Origin: Coxiellaceae bacterium
GTDB taxonomy: Bacteria; Pseudomonadota; Gammaproteobacteria; JAJRRL01
Assembly (NCBI GenBank): GCA_047404195.1
Contig: JBDOIU010000005.1
Span: forward strand, 1,795-65,794
DNA length: 64,000 nucleotides
Reading direction: 5' to 3'
Shown: positions 29,550-39,105 of the stretch, piece after piece
How positions within the stretch are numbered: the first letter of the stretch is position 1
How the letters are laid out: every line of letters starts with the position of its first letter
Notes under the pieces: model-generated
Database searches by the model: none
What the model saw: only the letters and a program-made list of their open reading frames with translations
Told to the model about the DNA's origin: nothing
Position numbers and translations under genes: made by a program

Positions 29550-31355
29550 ATGTTTATTGAGATGCGCTTAAAAAAAATATTTGATAGAATGGTTATTTGG
29601 TTTTTCGGAGAAAGCATGCCTGAACTCGAACCACGTGATATTATGCGTAGGCTCAATGCGTCTATACGTCCATACGTTGGTTTTTTTGTGTTAGCGGTTT
29701 TGTCTAGCTTGGCTGTTTCGGCAGCTGATTCATTTTTATCATGGTTGATTAAGCCCATCATAGACACAGGCTTGGTTAATAAGCATCTGGGTTTTTTAGC
29801 CTGGTTACCAATCATCATGCTAGTATTATTTGTCGTGCGGGGCGGTGCGTCTTTTTCATCGCTGTACTTCATCAATAAGCTGGGGCGGCGTCTGGTCAGT
29901 GACTTCCGTAACAGCTTATTTCAGCATTTGCAAGCACTGTCATACAAGCGCTTTACTGCTATAGGTCAAAATGAATGTATCACGGTGATGATTTATAACA
30001 TAGAAAAAATTTCAACTGTGATGTCGCTTGTTGTGGTGAATATTATTCAGGATGTTGCTCTCATTCTGGGTTTATTGTTTGTTATGTTTATATCAAGCTG
30101 GAAGTTGTCTTTGCTATTTTTCTTGGTAACACCGCTCATTGTGTTGATTGCAAAAATTGCATCAAAACGTGCTCGATTCTTATCTGCGATCGTGCAGGAT
30201 TCTGTGACACTCATGATCAAGTCAGTGCGAGAGTTTATTGAAGGTGTGCGTGAGATTAAAATATATTCGTCTGATAGTTATGAGGCAAATCGCTTTGGGT
30301 ATTCAGTCAGGCACAACCAGAATCAATTGATGAAGTTGGTTGTTGCCAAGGGTCTTTCGAGTGCGCTCATGCAGATTTTGATATCTTTGCCTATTGCGTT
30401 GGCAATCATGTTGGTAGGTAGGCAATGGGTTGATGTGACTGCGGGTGCATTTGCTGCATTGTTGGCAGCTATGATTATGCTGATCAGACCACTGCGGAGA
30501 ATATCTCAGGCAAATACTGAAATTCAGGCTGGCCTTGTGGCTGCAAAGACTGTGTTTGACTTGCAAGACATTCCTGCCACTGCACCACCAGTAGCCAGTC
30601 ATGAGAAGGTCGCTGGGGGCACGATTGTATTTGATGACGTTTCCTATGATGGGAATATCAGCAATCGCGTATTGCAGAACATATCGCTTACATTTCCTGC
30701 TGGGAAAGCAACAGCAATTGTCGGCCCATCTGGATGTGGTAAAACCAGCTTAATCAATCTTGCCATGGGTTTTTTGGAGCCGAGTTCAGGGTGTATTCGC
30801 TATGGGGAGTACAATATTCAGACTTTTGCCAAGGAGTCTTATTGGGCTGAGTTTGCTTTGGTATCACAGCACCCAGTACTGTTTGATGCAACATTGGCAG
30901 AAAATGTTGCCTTGGGTGTTGATTCGAACTCGATTGACCTGGCGCGTGTACAAACATGTCTTGCTGATGCTCAGCTGGAAGAAATTGTTCATCAGTGCGA
31001 ACAGGGCATGCATACCCGTGTTAGCAAGCAGGGCTGGCAACCTTCCGGTGGTGAGCGACAACGCATTGCGCTTGCAAGGGCGCTTTACAAGTCTGCATCT
31101 ATTGTCATTCTAGATGAAGCAACATCTGCATTGGATGTGCCAACAGAAGAGGCGCTTCAAGAATCAATTAATAATCTTGCTGATGACTGCACACTAATTA
31201 TGATCGCACATCGCTTGTCAACCATCCGACACGCAGACAATATCATTGTGATGGATCAAGGTAAGGTGCTTGCTCAAGGTAAGCACGATGAACTGATGCG
31301 TCACTGTCAATTTTATCAGTCACTCTATTTTGGCCAGCAGGGTGGAAACACATGA
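29550..31355 (+). CDS. msbA: Lipid A export ABC transporter MsbA (fused permease and ATPase)
   Basis: Six-TM domain, Walker A GPSGCGKTS, signature PSGGERQRIALARAL and Walker B IVILDEATSALD. The true start may be MPELEPRD, about 66 nt downstream. Confidence 0.9.
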   Translation: MFIEMRLKKIFDRMVIWFFGESMPELEPRDIMRRLNASIRPYVGFFVLAVLSSLAVSAADSFLSWLIKPIIDTGLVNKHLGFLAWLPIIMLVLFVVRGGASFSSLYFINKLGRRLVSDFRNSLFQHLQALSYKRFTAIGQNECITVMIYNIEKISTVMSLVVVNIIQDVALILGLLFVMFISSWKLSLLFFLVTPLIVLIAKIASKRARFLSAIVQDSVTLMIKSVREFIEGVREIKIYSSDSYEANRFGYSVRHNQNQLMKLVVAKGLSSALMQILISLPIALAIMLVGRQWVDVTAGAFAALLAAMIMLIRPLRRISQANTEIQAGLVAAKTVFDLQDIPATAPPVASHEKVAGGTIVFDDVSYDGNISNRVLQNISLTFPAGKATAIVGPSGCGKTSLINLAMGFLEPSSGCIRYGEYNIQTFAKESYWAEFALVSQHPVLFDATLAENVALGVDSNSIDLARVQTCLADAQLEEIVHQCEQGMHTRVSKQGWQPSGGERQRIALARALYKSASIVILDEATSALDVPTEEALQESINNLADDCTLIMIAHRLSTIRHADNIIVMDQGKVLAQGKHDELMRHCQFYQSLYFGQQGGNT

Positions 31356-32368
31356 GCCGAATATATCAGGTTTTCAATCGTTGGATCCAGTCAATGTGGT
31401 ACGGACCTAAGAGCTTATGCTCTTATTGCTTAATGCCATTTTCTTTGGTTTATTGGCTGGTGATGTCTATCCGTCAACAGTTATATAAGTGTGGTATATT
31501 TAAAACATATCATTCCCAATTACCAATCATTGTTGTTGGCAACATAACACTAGGAGGCACTGGTAAGACACCATTTGTGATTGGTCTTGCAGAGCATCTT
31601 ATCGGGCTTGGATATAAGCCCGCAGTCATCTTGCGGGGGTATGGTGGACGACTACAAGGCCCATGCCGTGTTACCAATAAGCATACTGCTAAAGATGTTG
31701 GTGATGAAGCGATTCTATTGCATAATCGCATAACCTGCCCAATTGTCATTGCTCAAAAAAGAGTTGATGCCGTTAACGTCTGTGAAGCACTGGGCTGCCA
31801 GGTTGTGATCAGTGATGATGGCTTGCAGCATTGCGCTATGGGACGAGCTATAGAGATCGCAGTCGTTGATGCCAAGAGGCTATTCGGTAACAAGCTGCTT
31901 TTTCCGGCTGGTCCATTAAGGCAGCCTGTTAAGCGTTTACAGTATGTTGATTTTATTATTGTGAATGGTGCTGTGCCTAATAATTGTAAGCCCTTGATAT
32001 CATCAGCTGAATTATCGATGACTGTTGAGGCGCAATCCTTGATGCAGATATCATCTGATAGAGCTTATCCTGCAAATGCCATGATAAATCAACCAGTTAC
32101 TGCGGTTTCTGCTATTGGAAATCCACAAAGATTCCTTGACATGTTGGTCAAGTTGGGGTACACTATAAAAGTGAGTCATGATTTTCCTGATCACTATTCT
32201 TTTTGTGAGTCAGAGATTGTGTTAGACGAAAATACAGTAGTCATCATGACAGAAAAAGATGCCGTAAAGTGCCGTTCTGAGCTAGAAAATTTATGGTATG
32301 TGAAAATTGCAGCTCGATGTGATTATGAAAAAATTGCTGCGTTCCTAGCGAAAAAAATCGCTATTTAG
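31352..32368 (+). CDS. lpxK: Tetraacyldisaccharide 4'-kinase
   Basis: VGNITLGGTGKTPFV P-loop. It overlaps the msbA stop by 4 nt, the classic msbA-lpxK pairing. Confidence 0.9.
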   Translation: MSRIYQVFNRWIQSMWYGPKSLCSYCLMPFSLVYWLVMSIRQQLYKCGIFKTYHSQLPIIVVGNITLGGTGKTPFVIGLAEHLIGLGYKPAVILRGYGGRLQGPCRVTNKHTAKDVGDEAILLHNRITCPIVIAQKRVDAVNVCEALGCQVVISDDGLQHCAMGRAIEIAVVDAKRLFGNKLLFPAGPLRQPVKRLQYVDFIIVNGAVPNNCKPLISSAELSMTVEAQSLMQISSDRAYPANAMINQPVTAVSAIGNPQRFLDMLVKLGYTIKVSHDFPDHYSFCESEIVLDENTVVIMTEKDAVKCRSELENLWYVKIAARCDYEKIAAFLAKKIAI

Positions 32369-32454
32369 TTTTGAGTGTTTCCACTCTCTGGTGCGTGCTA
32401 CCAACCTAGTGGTCGGTGTTATGTTTGTTTGGTTTAAACCCTGAAGGAGGAGTT

Positions 32455-33741
32455 ATGTCAAGTTATGTTGCTAGTTTAAACGAACTCCTCAATGATAACA
32501 GAGCGAGTTATAATGAGCATAAGAATGTTATGGATGCTGCTGCATCACTGCCACATTTAGAGCTACTGATAACACATTTTAATGTCGCTAAAGCCTATAT
32601 GGTGTCACTGGGGAAAATTGATCATGCCCAATCGCAAAAAAAAACTAATCTCCTCAAAAAAATACTCAATGATGCGATAAGTCGTGCGAAATATGAGGGT
32701 AGGTGGCTTAACCATGAGCTTGGTACAATAAGTGATGATGCTGTCCTCAGAGGTATTGTACTTCGCTCTCCTAAGAAAAGATTGTCAAAATCAATGAGTC
32801 GCGATATCAGTGGTGCTTTTAAATTTAATCTAGCAGTGACCGCTGACAAGCTGTTAAGCTCATTATACTGGCGCTCAAAAATATTTCCGGTATTAAACTT
32901 CTTTCGATTATTTATTATTGTTAGAGCATCAAGATTTGTCAGGACGGTTGGTGATTTAGTAGGGAAGTTTCATCCAACAGCTGTTAACATAGCAAATAAT
33001 ATCAAGGTTGCATTTTCTTGGGCAAAGTATCTTGGTTGGATTTTCTATCTACCACGTATCATTTGCAATCTAGTGACAGCGATCCGCAATACAACTGATA
33101 AGAAGAGTAAAGTTACTTTTATACAGGCGTTACGAAGTAAGAAATATCAACTAGCAAACGATGTTGTATGGGCAATGATTGGATTTACTACATGCTTTGG
33201 TGCAGCAGTTTGCTGGCAGCTACAGTTTTTGACGCCAGTGTTATACATATTTGATGTTGTCTTGGGTGTTATGAAAAATAATGAAGCTATTCGTGATGCT
33301 AAGCGCAATCATGCTGAATCCAAGGATGGACCTTTGGAGTCATACTACGCTAAAAAGTTAGCACGTGCGAAAGCTGATAGAACAGTCAGTGTTACTTGTT
33401 TATCATTTATGGCAGTTGGTATGTTGGTTGCATCAGTATCTATCGATCGGGTGCAGTCGTTCATTATTCCTAAGCTGGATTTCTTGTTAGCTAGTCATCA
33501 CATCACCAGCGGGCTTCATGCATCGGTATTGATTTCTTTGATAACTGCAGTCTCAGTAGCTGTTGTGATTAGTGCTAGTATGGTTAACTTTATTTACTCG
33601 AAGCGAGATGCTATTGGGAAGTGTTACAAAAAAACCAGCACATGTGTTAACGATAATCTTTTAAAAAGCCGGCATAGTGGCGGTAATAATAATGATGACC
33701 CATCTATCAGAGTCAGCGCTGGGACATGTCCTGTGCAATGA
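32455..33741 (+). CDS. Hypothetical membrane protein (orphan, effector-like)
   Basis: RBS GAAGGAGG 5 nt before the ATG (MSSYVASL...). Soluble N-terminal third, then several hydrophobic helices. No domain recognised. Confidence 0.5.
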   Translation: MSSYVASLNELLNDNRASYNEHKNVMDAAASLPHLELLITHFNVAKAYMVSLGKIDHAQSQKKTNLLKKILNDAISRAKYEGRWLNHELGTISDDAVLRGIVLRSPKKRLSKSMSRDISGAFKFNLAVTADKLLSSLYWRSKIFPVLNFFRLFIIVRASRFVRTVGDLVGKFHPTAVNIANNIKVAFSWAKYLGWIFYLPRIICNLVTAIRNTTDKKSKVTFIQALRSKKYQLANDVVWAMIGFTTCFGAAVCWQLQFLTPVLYIFDVVLGVMKNNEAIRDAKRNHAESKDGPLESYYAKKLARAKADRTVSVTCLSFMAVGMLVASVSIDRVQSFIIPKLDFLLASHHITSGLHASVLISLITAVSVAVVISASMVNFIYSKRDAIGKCYKKTSTCVNDNLLKSRHSGGNNNDDPSIRVSAGTCPVQ

Positions 33742-34255
33742 TTAACGCGACGAGATCACTGAGTAATCCCAGCGGGATTGCGTAGCGCGTTTTTTTGATA
33801 TTAATTGCTGAAAAATAAACGCTTACCACATAAAATGTTGTTTCAGACGAGCCAAGAAATAGTGCCGCTTTGTGACATTCGCTCCAGTCAGGATTATCAT
33901 GTAATAAGCTGACAAACAATGCGAGGCTAGTTGCTCCGGAAAAGGGGCGAGCCAAAGCGATTGCGAGATTATTGGGCGAAATTGATTGCACGGGCAGGAT
34001 CAAGCTGATATGATTGCAAATCAAGGAAAACAAGCCAGAACTCTTGCAGAGTGTGAATGCCAACATAAAGCAAAACACCATTGGTGTAATGCGTAAAACA
34101 CTTTGGATACCTTGTTTATAACCGAAACGTATCGATTGGTTGAGGCCATGTTTAATTGTTGTTGGTTTTTCGTTTTGCCAATAATATTGGCTGCAACGAA
34201 TGAGTAGCGCTATCAGTAGCATGCCTACACATGTCATTATCATGATTGAAGCCAT
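33713..34255 (-). CDS. SpmB-like nucleoside-recognition (Gate) domain membrane protein
   Basis: 180-aa polytopic protein that pairs with the upstream SpmA-like ORF. It is glycine-rich and hydrophobic, as in the SpmA/SpmB family. Confidence 0.55.
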   Translation of the reverse strand: MASIMIMTCVGMLLIALLIRCSQYYWQNEKPTTIKHGLNQSIRFGYKQGIQSVLRITPMVFCFMLAFTLCKSSGLFSLICNHISLILPVQSISPNNLAIALARPFSGATSLALFVSLLHDNPDWSECHKAALFLGSSETTFYVVSVYFSAINIKKTRYAIPLGLLSDLVALIIAQDMSQR

Positions 34256-34830
34256 TTAATGCGTGCAAATATTTTCGCACAGCTGATTGCAAATATTGTA
34301 TTAATGCTGGTTATGACTAAAATGCCAGGCCAAATTGACCATGCATGAGGGTCACCTGCGGCTGCCAGTAGTGCTATGGGGGTATATGGAATTAATTGTA
34401 GACTGGATGTGTTGATTGCGAGTAGCATGCACATGGCGTCACTGGCTGTCGGCAAATAGTTGTTTTGTTTATGCAGAGAATGCATTGCACGTATTCCAGC
34501 GGGTGTGGCAGCATTACCTGCTCCAATTATATTCGCTCCTAGGTTCAGTGATATGTTTTTCAGAGTATCACTATTGATATGATCGGGCAGAAAACACAAC
34601 CGCAGTGGCCGCTTTATCGCGCGCGCAATTGCATTCATGCATTGACTGTCAGCAATGAGGGCCATTACAATAGACCCAAAAGCAACAATTATGGCTAAAC
34701 CGAGGCAGCTGTGCAGTAGGCTAGATATTTGATGGGCTGTTTGTGATAGCATGTTTTCCAGGTGATGCGTGTAGCTTGCATATACGACACTGGCTAGTGC
34801 GAGAGTTATGCTAACCCAATAGATAATCAT
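34240..34830 (-). CDS. SpmA-like nucleoside-recognition (Gate) domain membrane protein
   Basis: 196-aa polytopic protein (…NLGANIIGAGNAATPAGIRAM…) that overlaps the SpmB-like gene by 16 nt. Confidence 0.55.
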   Translation of the reverse strand: MIIYWVSITLALASVVYASYTHHLENMLSQTAHQISSLLHSCLGLAIIVAFGSIVMALIADSQCMNAIARAIKRPLRLCFLPDHINSDTLKNISLNLGANIIGAGNAATPAGIRAMHSLHKQNNYLPTASDAMCMLLAINTSSLQLIPYTPIALLAAAGDPHAWSIWPGILVITSINTIFAISCAKIFARIKWLQS

Positions 34831-34843
34831 CTCTTAGACCCTC

Positions 34844-36055
34844 TTATGTTATGGCGTCTGGATCAAGCTTCTTCTTCTTCGCTGACTGGTGTCTTTCACG
34901 CTTTTCAATGTCGATATATCGATCGGTGATGGCGCTTGAGCTGTGCCCAGCATCATCTCTAACATGTTCACGAGGTCGTATTTTAACATCATCTGATATG
35001 CCTGTATGTCTTAGCCAGTGTACAGTTGCAGCTTTCATTTGCTGCGCTTCATGTGTGAAGCCATTACTATACAACACATCAATCGTACGGTCATAGCATT
35101 CTTGTACTAACTTTCGAATGGTCGCTGTATTTCCAACTGCACCGTGTCCACGTAGCTTGGGTATGAGAGGCTTATGGTCATCTGCTGCTGGTAGTGGTGA
35201 GTATCCTAGAAAATTTCGATAGCGAGTGAGTGCTTTGAGCATCGCATCGGAGACAGCAATGTCTCGCTGTTTGTTACCTTTTCCAAGAGTACGGAACCAC
35301 CATTGTCCATCATAATCCTGATGGAAGTGTGACATGAGTGGTATCCATTGTTGGCTAGCCGTCAGTTCAGATATTCTAAGATACATGGCATATAGGCATG
35401 ACAAAATAAATAAGCTGCGTTCATATCTTTCAGGGTTATCTGTCGTCATTTTTTCTGTGGTTTCAAGCAGCGTTGACCACTGTAGCTCAGACAAGCGGCG
35501 TATGCTGCGTTGTGTATTATGTTGTGCAATCAGCCTGCTTTTTTGACGCAGCAGGCGAATTGGGTTTCGGTTTAAGCGACCACTTTCTATATGATAGTTA
35601 TAAAAGGAGCTGAGAATTGATAGCGCATCCTTCAGGGCGCTTGCTGAAAGCATGAAATTATTTTTGTGCGTCGGATTAGCTAACTTTTCAGATTTCGATT
35701 GTCTCACAACAAAAGGTCGCCATGCTTTATTGGCTTGACGTTCGCCAGCAACATCAATAAACCGTGGCACATGATTGCCACCAATCCAGCTTGATGGTGG
35801 TGATTGACAAAACTCGATATATTTTTCTATATCTTGTCTATCGAGTTGTTGAATGGATTTTTTTTGGATATGAGAGGCCCACTGTACAAAGCGCTCTATA
35901 TCCTTCCGATAGGTTTTATAGGTCGCTGGACTGTTCTTGTAGCACAGCAAGAAATCTTTTCCGAGCGTAAAGTTTTCTTGTTGATGGTTTGATAGTGGAG
36001 GTGTGTATACTGTAAGATTTGCACTGATATCAAATAAGGGGGTAGGCGAGGTCAT
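34844..36055 (-). CDS. Tyrosine-type site-specific recombinase / phage-type integrase
   Basis: 403 aa. C-terminal catalytic motifs HWLRHTG (HxxR) and GHSSSAITDRYID (catalytic Tyr), plus an N-terminal SAM-like region. Confidence 0.8.
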   Translation of the reverse strand: MTSPTPLFDISANLTVYTPPLSNHQQENFTLGKDFLLCYKNSPATYKTYRKDIERFVQWASHIQKKSIQQLDRQDIEKYIEFCQSPPSSWIGGNHVPRFIDVAGERQANKAWRPFVVRQSKSEKLANPTHKNNFMLSASALKDALSILSSFYNYHIESGRLNRNPIRLLRQKSRLIAQHNTQRSIRRLSELQWSTLLETTEKMTTDNPERYERSLFILSCLYAMYLRISELTASQQWIPLMSHFHQDYDGQWWFRTLGKGNKQRDIAVSDAMLKALTRYRNFLGYSPLPAADDHKPLIPKLRGHGAVGNTATIRKLVQECYDRTIDVLYSNGFTHEAQQMKAATVHWLRHTGISDDVKIRPREHVRDDAGHSSSAITDRYIDIEKRERHQSAKKKKLDPDAIT

Positions 36056-36066
36056 TCAGTACTCTC

Positions 36067-37263
36067 TTAGTTAGACCTGAGTGCGTCAATTGGATCCATG
36101 TCTGCGGCTTTGAGTGCAGGATATAGTCCAGATACAACGCCGACAAACGTTGACACGAAAAACCCTAGCAAAATAGGTGCTAAGTAAAATGCGCGCTCCC
36201 AACCATTAAATGCAGCAATGATGTAGGCAATGGCTATACCTATAATGATACCAAACGCACCACCAGCAGCGGTGAGCAAAATTGATTCACTAATAAACAG
36301 TGCTGTGATATCGGATTTTTGCGCGCCAATTGCCATCAGCAAACCAATTTCTTTTCGTCGCTCTGTGATAGACACAAGCATGATGTTCATCACACCAATG
36401 CCTCCAACAACGAGAGAGATACTTGCAATTGCACTCAGTAGTAGTTCAAATGTTTGGCGAGACTTGCTGATCATATCAATGACTTCTTTTGGATTGCGTG
36501 CGTGTACACGTAGGCCAGATGTATGTTGTTGTATGTATTGTGTGATATGATCACCTGCTTCTTTAAGCGGCACGGCTTTGTCAATCTTCGCGACGATTTG
36601 ATTGATGCCTTGGGATTCACCTGTATTCAGTGCATTCTGTAACGGAACGAGTGTACTGTTATTGATGTCTAAGCTGATAATGTAGTTCTCAGGCCATGGC
36701 TTCAATGTGCCGACAACAGTGTAGTAATGCTTGCCAACCAGAATCTGATGGCCAATAAGTTGACTGCTGTGGCCATTTGAGAGCTTGGCTGCAAGCTTGC
36801 TTCCCAAAACGCAGTAAGGACTTTCTTTGTCGAGTTCTGATACGTAGCGCCCATTGTCTAGTTGGGTGTTAATGACTGACGCAAAACTATCGTCAATGCC
36901 AACAAGCTCGTTTTCAATACGTTTTCCGTGGTGGAACATTTCAACATATTGTGTGGTATATGCTGTATATTTAGTGATGGATGCAATGGTTTTTTTTAGG
37001 GACTGGAGGAGTGGTATTGTGATGCCACTTTCGTCTTTTCCTTGTTCGTTACTAGAGCGTGTTTGGCTGATATTAACACTGACGATATTTGTACCCAGTG
37101 ATTTGAATTGCGACAGTGCGTGCTCAGTTGCCATATGGCCACTGTACACCAGGGAAACGACTGAGCCTGTACCGACCATGATACCAATAATGGCAAGAAT
37201 AGACCTCATCCTTGCTGAAAAAAGATTTTGTATGGAGTATTTAATATTCATTTTAATATTCAT
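36067..37263 (-). CDS. ABC transporter permease, FtsX/MacB type, with a large periplasmic domain
   Basis: N-terminal TM, an extracytoplasmic domain of ~220 aa, then three C-terminal TM helices with an FtsX-like sequence. Confidence 0.8.
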   Translation of the reverse strand: MNIKMNIKYSIQNLFSARMRSILAIIGIMVGTGSVVSLVYSGHMATEHALSQFKSLGTNIVSVNISQTRSSNEQGKDESGITIPLLQSLKKTIASITKYTAYTTQYVEMFHHGKRIENELVGIDDSFASVINTQLDNGRYVSELDKESPYCVLGSKLAAKLSNGHSSQLIGHQILVGKHYYTVVGTLKPWPENYIISLDINNSTLVPLQNALNTGESQGINQIVAKIDKAVPLKEAGDHITQYIQQHTSGLRVHARNPKEVIDMISKSRQTFELLLSAIASISLVVGGIGVMNIMLVSITERRKEIGLLMAIGAQKSDITALFISESILLTAAGGAFGIIIGIAIAYIIAAFNGWERAFYLAPILLGFFVSTFVGVVSGLYPALKAADMDPIDALRSN

Positions 37264-37976
37264 GATGAGCTCTCCGTATTGTAGGAAGTATTAATCTCCC
37301 CATCTTCAACCCGGATTACACGATCACATGCGGCAGCAACTTTGTCATCATGTGTCACAATGATCGTTGTTGTGCCCAGCTCACGATTAAGGTCCTTCAT
37401 GAGTGCAAGTACTTTTTTGCCGGTTTTGCTGTCAAGCGCCCCTGTTGGTTCGTCTGCCAGGATTATACTGGGTTGAGTGACTAGAGCGCGTGCAATAGCG
37501 ACTCGCTGTTTTTGTCCGCCTGAGAGTTCATTAGGTAGGTGGTGTATGTGATCTTGCATGTCAACCTTTCTTAGTATAGGCAGTACATGATCTTTAATAT
37601 TCACTTTTTTTTTGTGTTGGTAGCGTAGCGGTAATGCAGTGTTTTCGAGCGCAGTTAGGCGTGATAATAAAAAGAATTCTTGAAATACAAAGCCGATTTC
37701 ACAATTTCTTAGGGCGGCACGTTGGTTGGTGTTGAGCTGATTCACATCTTGGCCATTGAGTCGGTATGTCCCCTCAGTCGTGCTGTCTAATAGGCCAATA
37801 AGGTGCATCATAGTAGACTTACCTGAGCCAGATGGTCCGATAATTGCTGCGAGTTCACCAGCGTTGATAGTTAGATTAATGTCGCGTAGAGCGTGGTACT
37901 CAAGTCGTCCGCTTGTATAGGTCTTGCCAACATGCTCAAGTTCAATTAGGGGTGAGTCATTATTTTGTGGAGACAT
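37260..37976 (-). CDS. ABC transporter ATP-binding protein (MacB/LolD-like)
   Basis: Walker A GPSGSGKST, signature LSGGQKQRVAIARAL and Walker B IILADEPTGALD. Confidence 0.9.
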   Translation of the reverse strand: MSPQNNDSPLIELEHVGKTYTSGRLEYHALRDINLTINAGELAAIIGPSGSGKSTMMHLIGLLDSTTEGTYRLNGQDVNQLNTNQRAALRNCEIGFVFQEFFLLSRLTALENTALPLRYQHKKKVNIKDHVLPILRKVDMQDHIHHLPNELSGGQKQRVAIARALVTQPSIILADEPTGALDSKTGKKVLALMKDLNRELGTTTIIVTHDDKVAAACDRVIRVEDGEINTSYNTESSS

Positions 37977-39105
37977 GAATGATTGCCTCCTGACCGGACT
38001 TTATTTTTCCTTTCACAGCCACTCGGCCATCAACGGTTGTTTGACCGATTTCCACAGGCGTTTTGATGCTGTCATTACCTTTTTTAATCAATAGGTAGTG
38101 TCCTTTGCTATCTTTTTTGACTGCATGCATGGATACAAATAGCTGCTTTTTAGACTTAGTTTGTATTTCAACTTTGCAGGACATGCCTACTTTAATGATT
38201 TTTGCATCTGTTTTGCTTGCGGGGTCTGTTTTGACAAGTACTTTGAATTCACTTGCGCGATTACTGCTACTATTAGGGTCTGCTTGTGATGATGTATGTA
38301 TGACTTCTCCTGTTAATGTGATACCAGGAAAGGCAGGGCTGGTCACGCGAACACGCATCGCCTCGTGTATTTTATTGATGGCAATTTCACTGACCATTAG
38401 CTTTATTTGGAAAGACTCAACACGTCCAATTGTGAGCAGCGTCTCTCCTTCTTTAACCGCTTTACCCACAAACAGTGGTTGATTATCTTTATTGTGGCTG
38501 CCTGGCATGAGCGCAATGCCATTGTATGGCGTTTTAATTGGATAATGTTCTATCTGCATAGATAAAATAGACTTAATTCTATTAATGCTGCTGAGGGAGA
38601 GTGCTTCGAGTTCTTTACTTTTTAGTCTGGCCTTATCTAATGTCTTTTCAAGTTCGTATTTGCTTTGGAAATATGCAATGGCATCATTATTAAAGTTGGA
38701 CTTTTCAGACAAGAAGCTGTTACGGTCAGTCACCCCTGCGTCATAAAGCATTTTTGTGCCTTTGAACTTTGCTTCATCGTTAGTGTATTTATCTTTTGCA
38801 TTAATATATTTTTGAAAGTCGTCTTGTATTTTTTTTGTGAGCTCGCTTGATCGTAATTTGATCACCGTCGTATTTTTGCTGAGGGTTTGGCCATAGCTAA
38901 AGTGAATTGACTCTATATGACCGGTAATAGGGCTGCTGATTGCTTTTCTCAGTGATGGCTGTATTTTACCCGTGTAATAGAGTGACTCTGATTGGCTCTG
39001 CTCTGTGATTGGGAATAGCTTGGTCTTCACCGATTCAGCGAGGCAGCTCATGGACACAATGGTGAGGCATACAGAGATGATGGAAGTCGAAATATATTTA
39101 AACAT
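37960..39105 (-). CDS. HlyD-family periplasmic adaptor (membrane fusion protein)
   Basis: Signal/anchor peptide, a coiled-coil hairpin region and a beta-barrel C-terminus typical of MacA/HlyD adaptors. It overlaps its neighbours. Confidence 0.75.
   Translation of the reverse strand: MFKYISTSIISVCLTIVSMSCLAESVKTKLFPITEQSQSESLYYTGKIQPSLRKAISSPITGHIESIHFSYGQTLSKNTTVIKLRSSELTKKIQDDFQKYINAKDKYTNDEAKFKGTKMLYDAGVTDRNSFLSEKSNFNNDAIAYFQSKYELEKTLDKARLKSKELEALSLSSINRIKSILSMQIEHYPIKTPYNGIALMPGSHNKDNQPLFVGKAVKEGETLLTIGRVESFQIKLMVSEIAINKIHEAMRVRVTSPAFPGITLTGEVIHTSSQADPNSSSNRASEFKVLVKTDPASKTDAKIIKVGMSCKVEIQTKSKKQLFVSMHAVKKDSKGHYLLIKKGNDSIKTPVEIGQTTVDGRVAVKGKIKSGQEAIIHVSTK

Noticed and set aside
29363-29875. 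170-aa minus-strand ORF overlapping the comEC 3' end and the msbA 5' end
   Set aside because: It overlaps two well-supported genes on the opposite strand, and its translation has no recognisable features.
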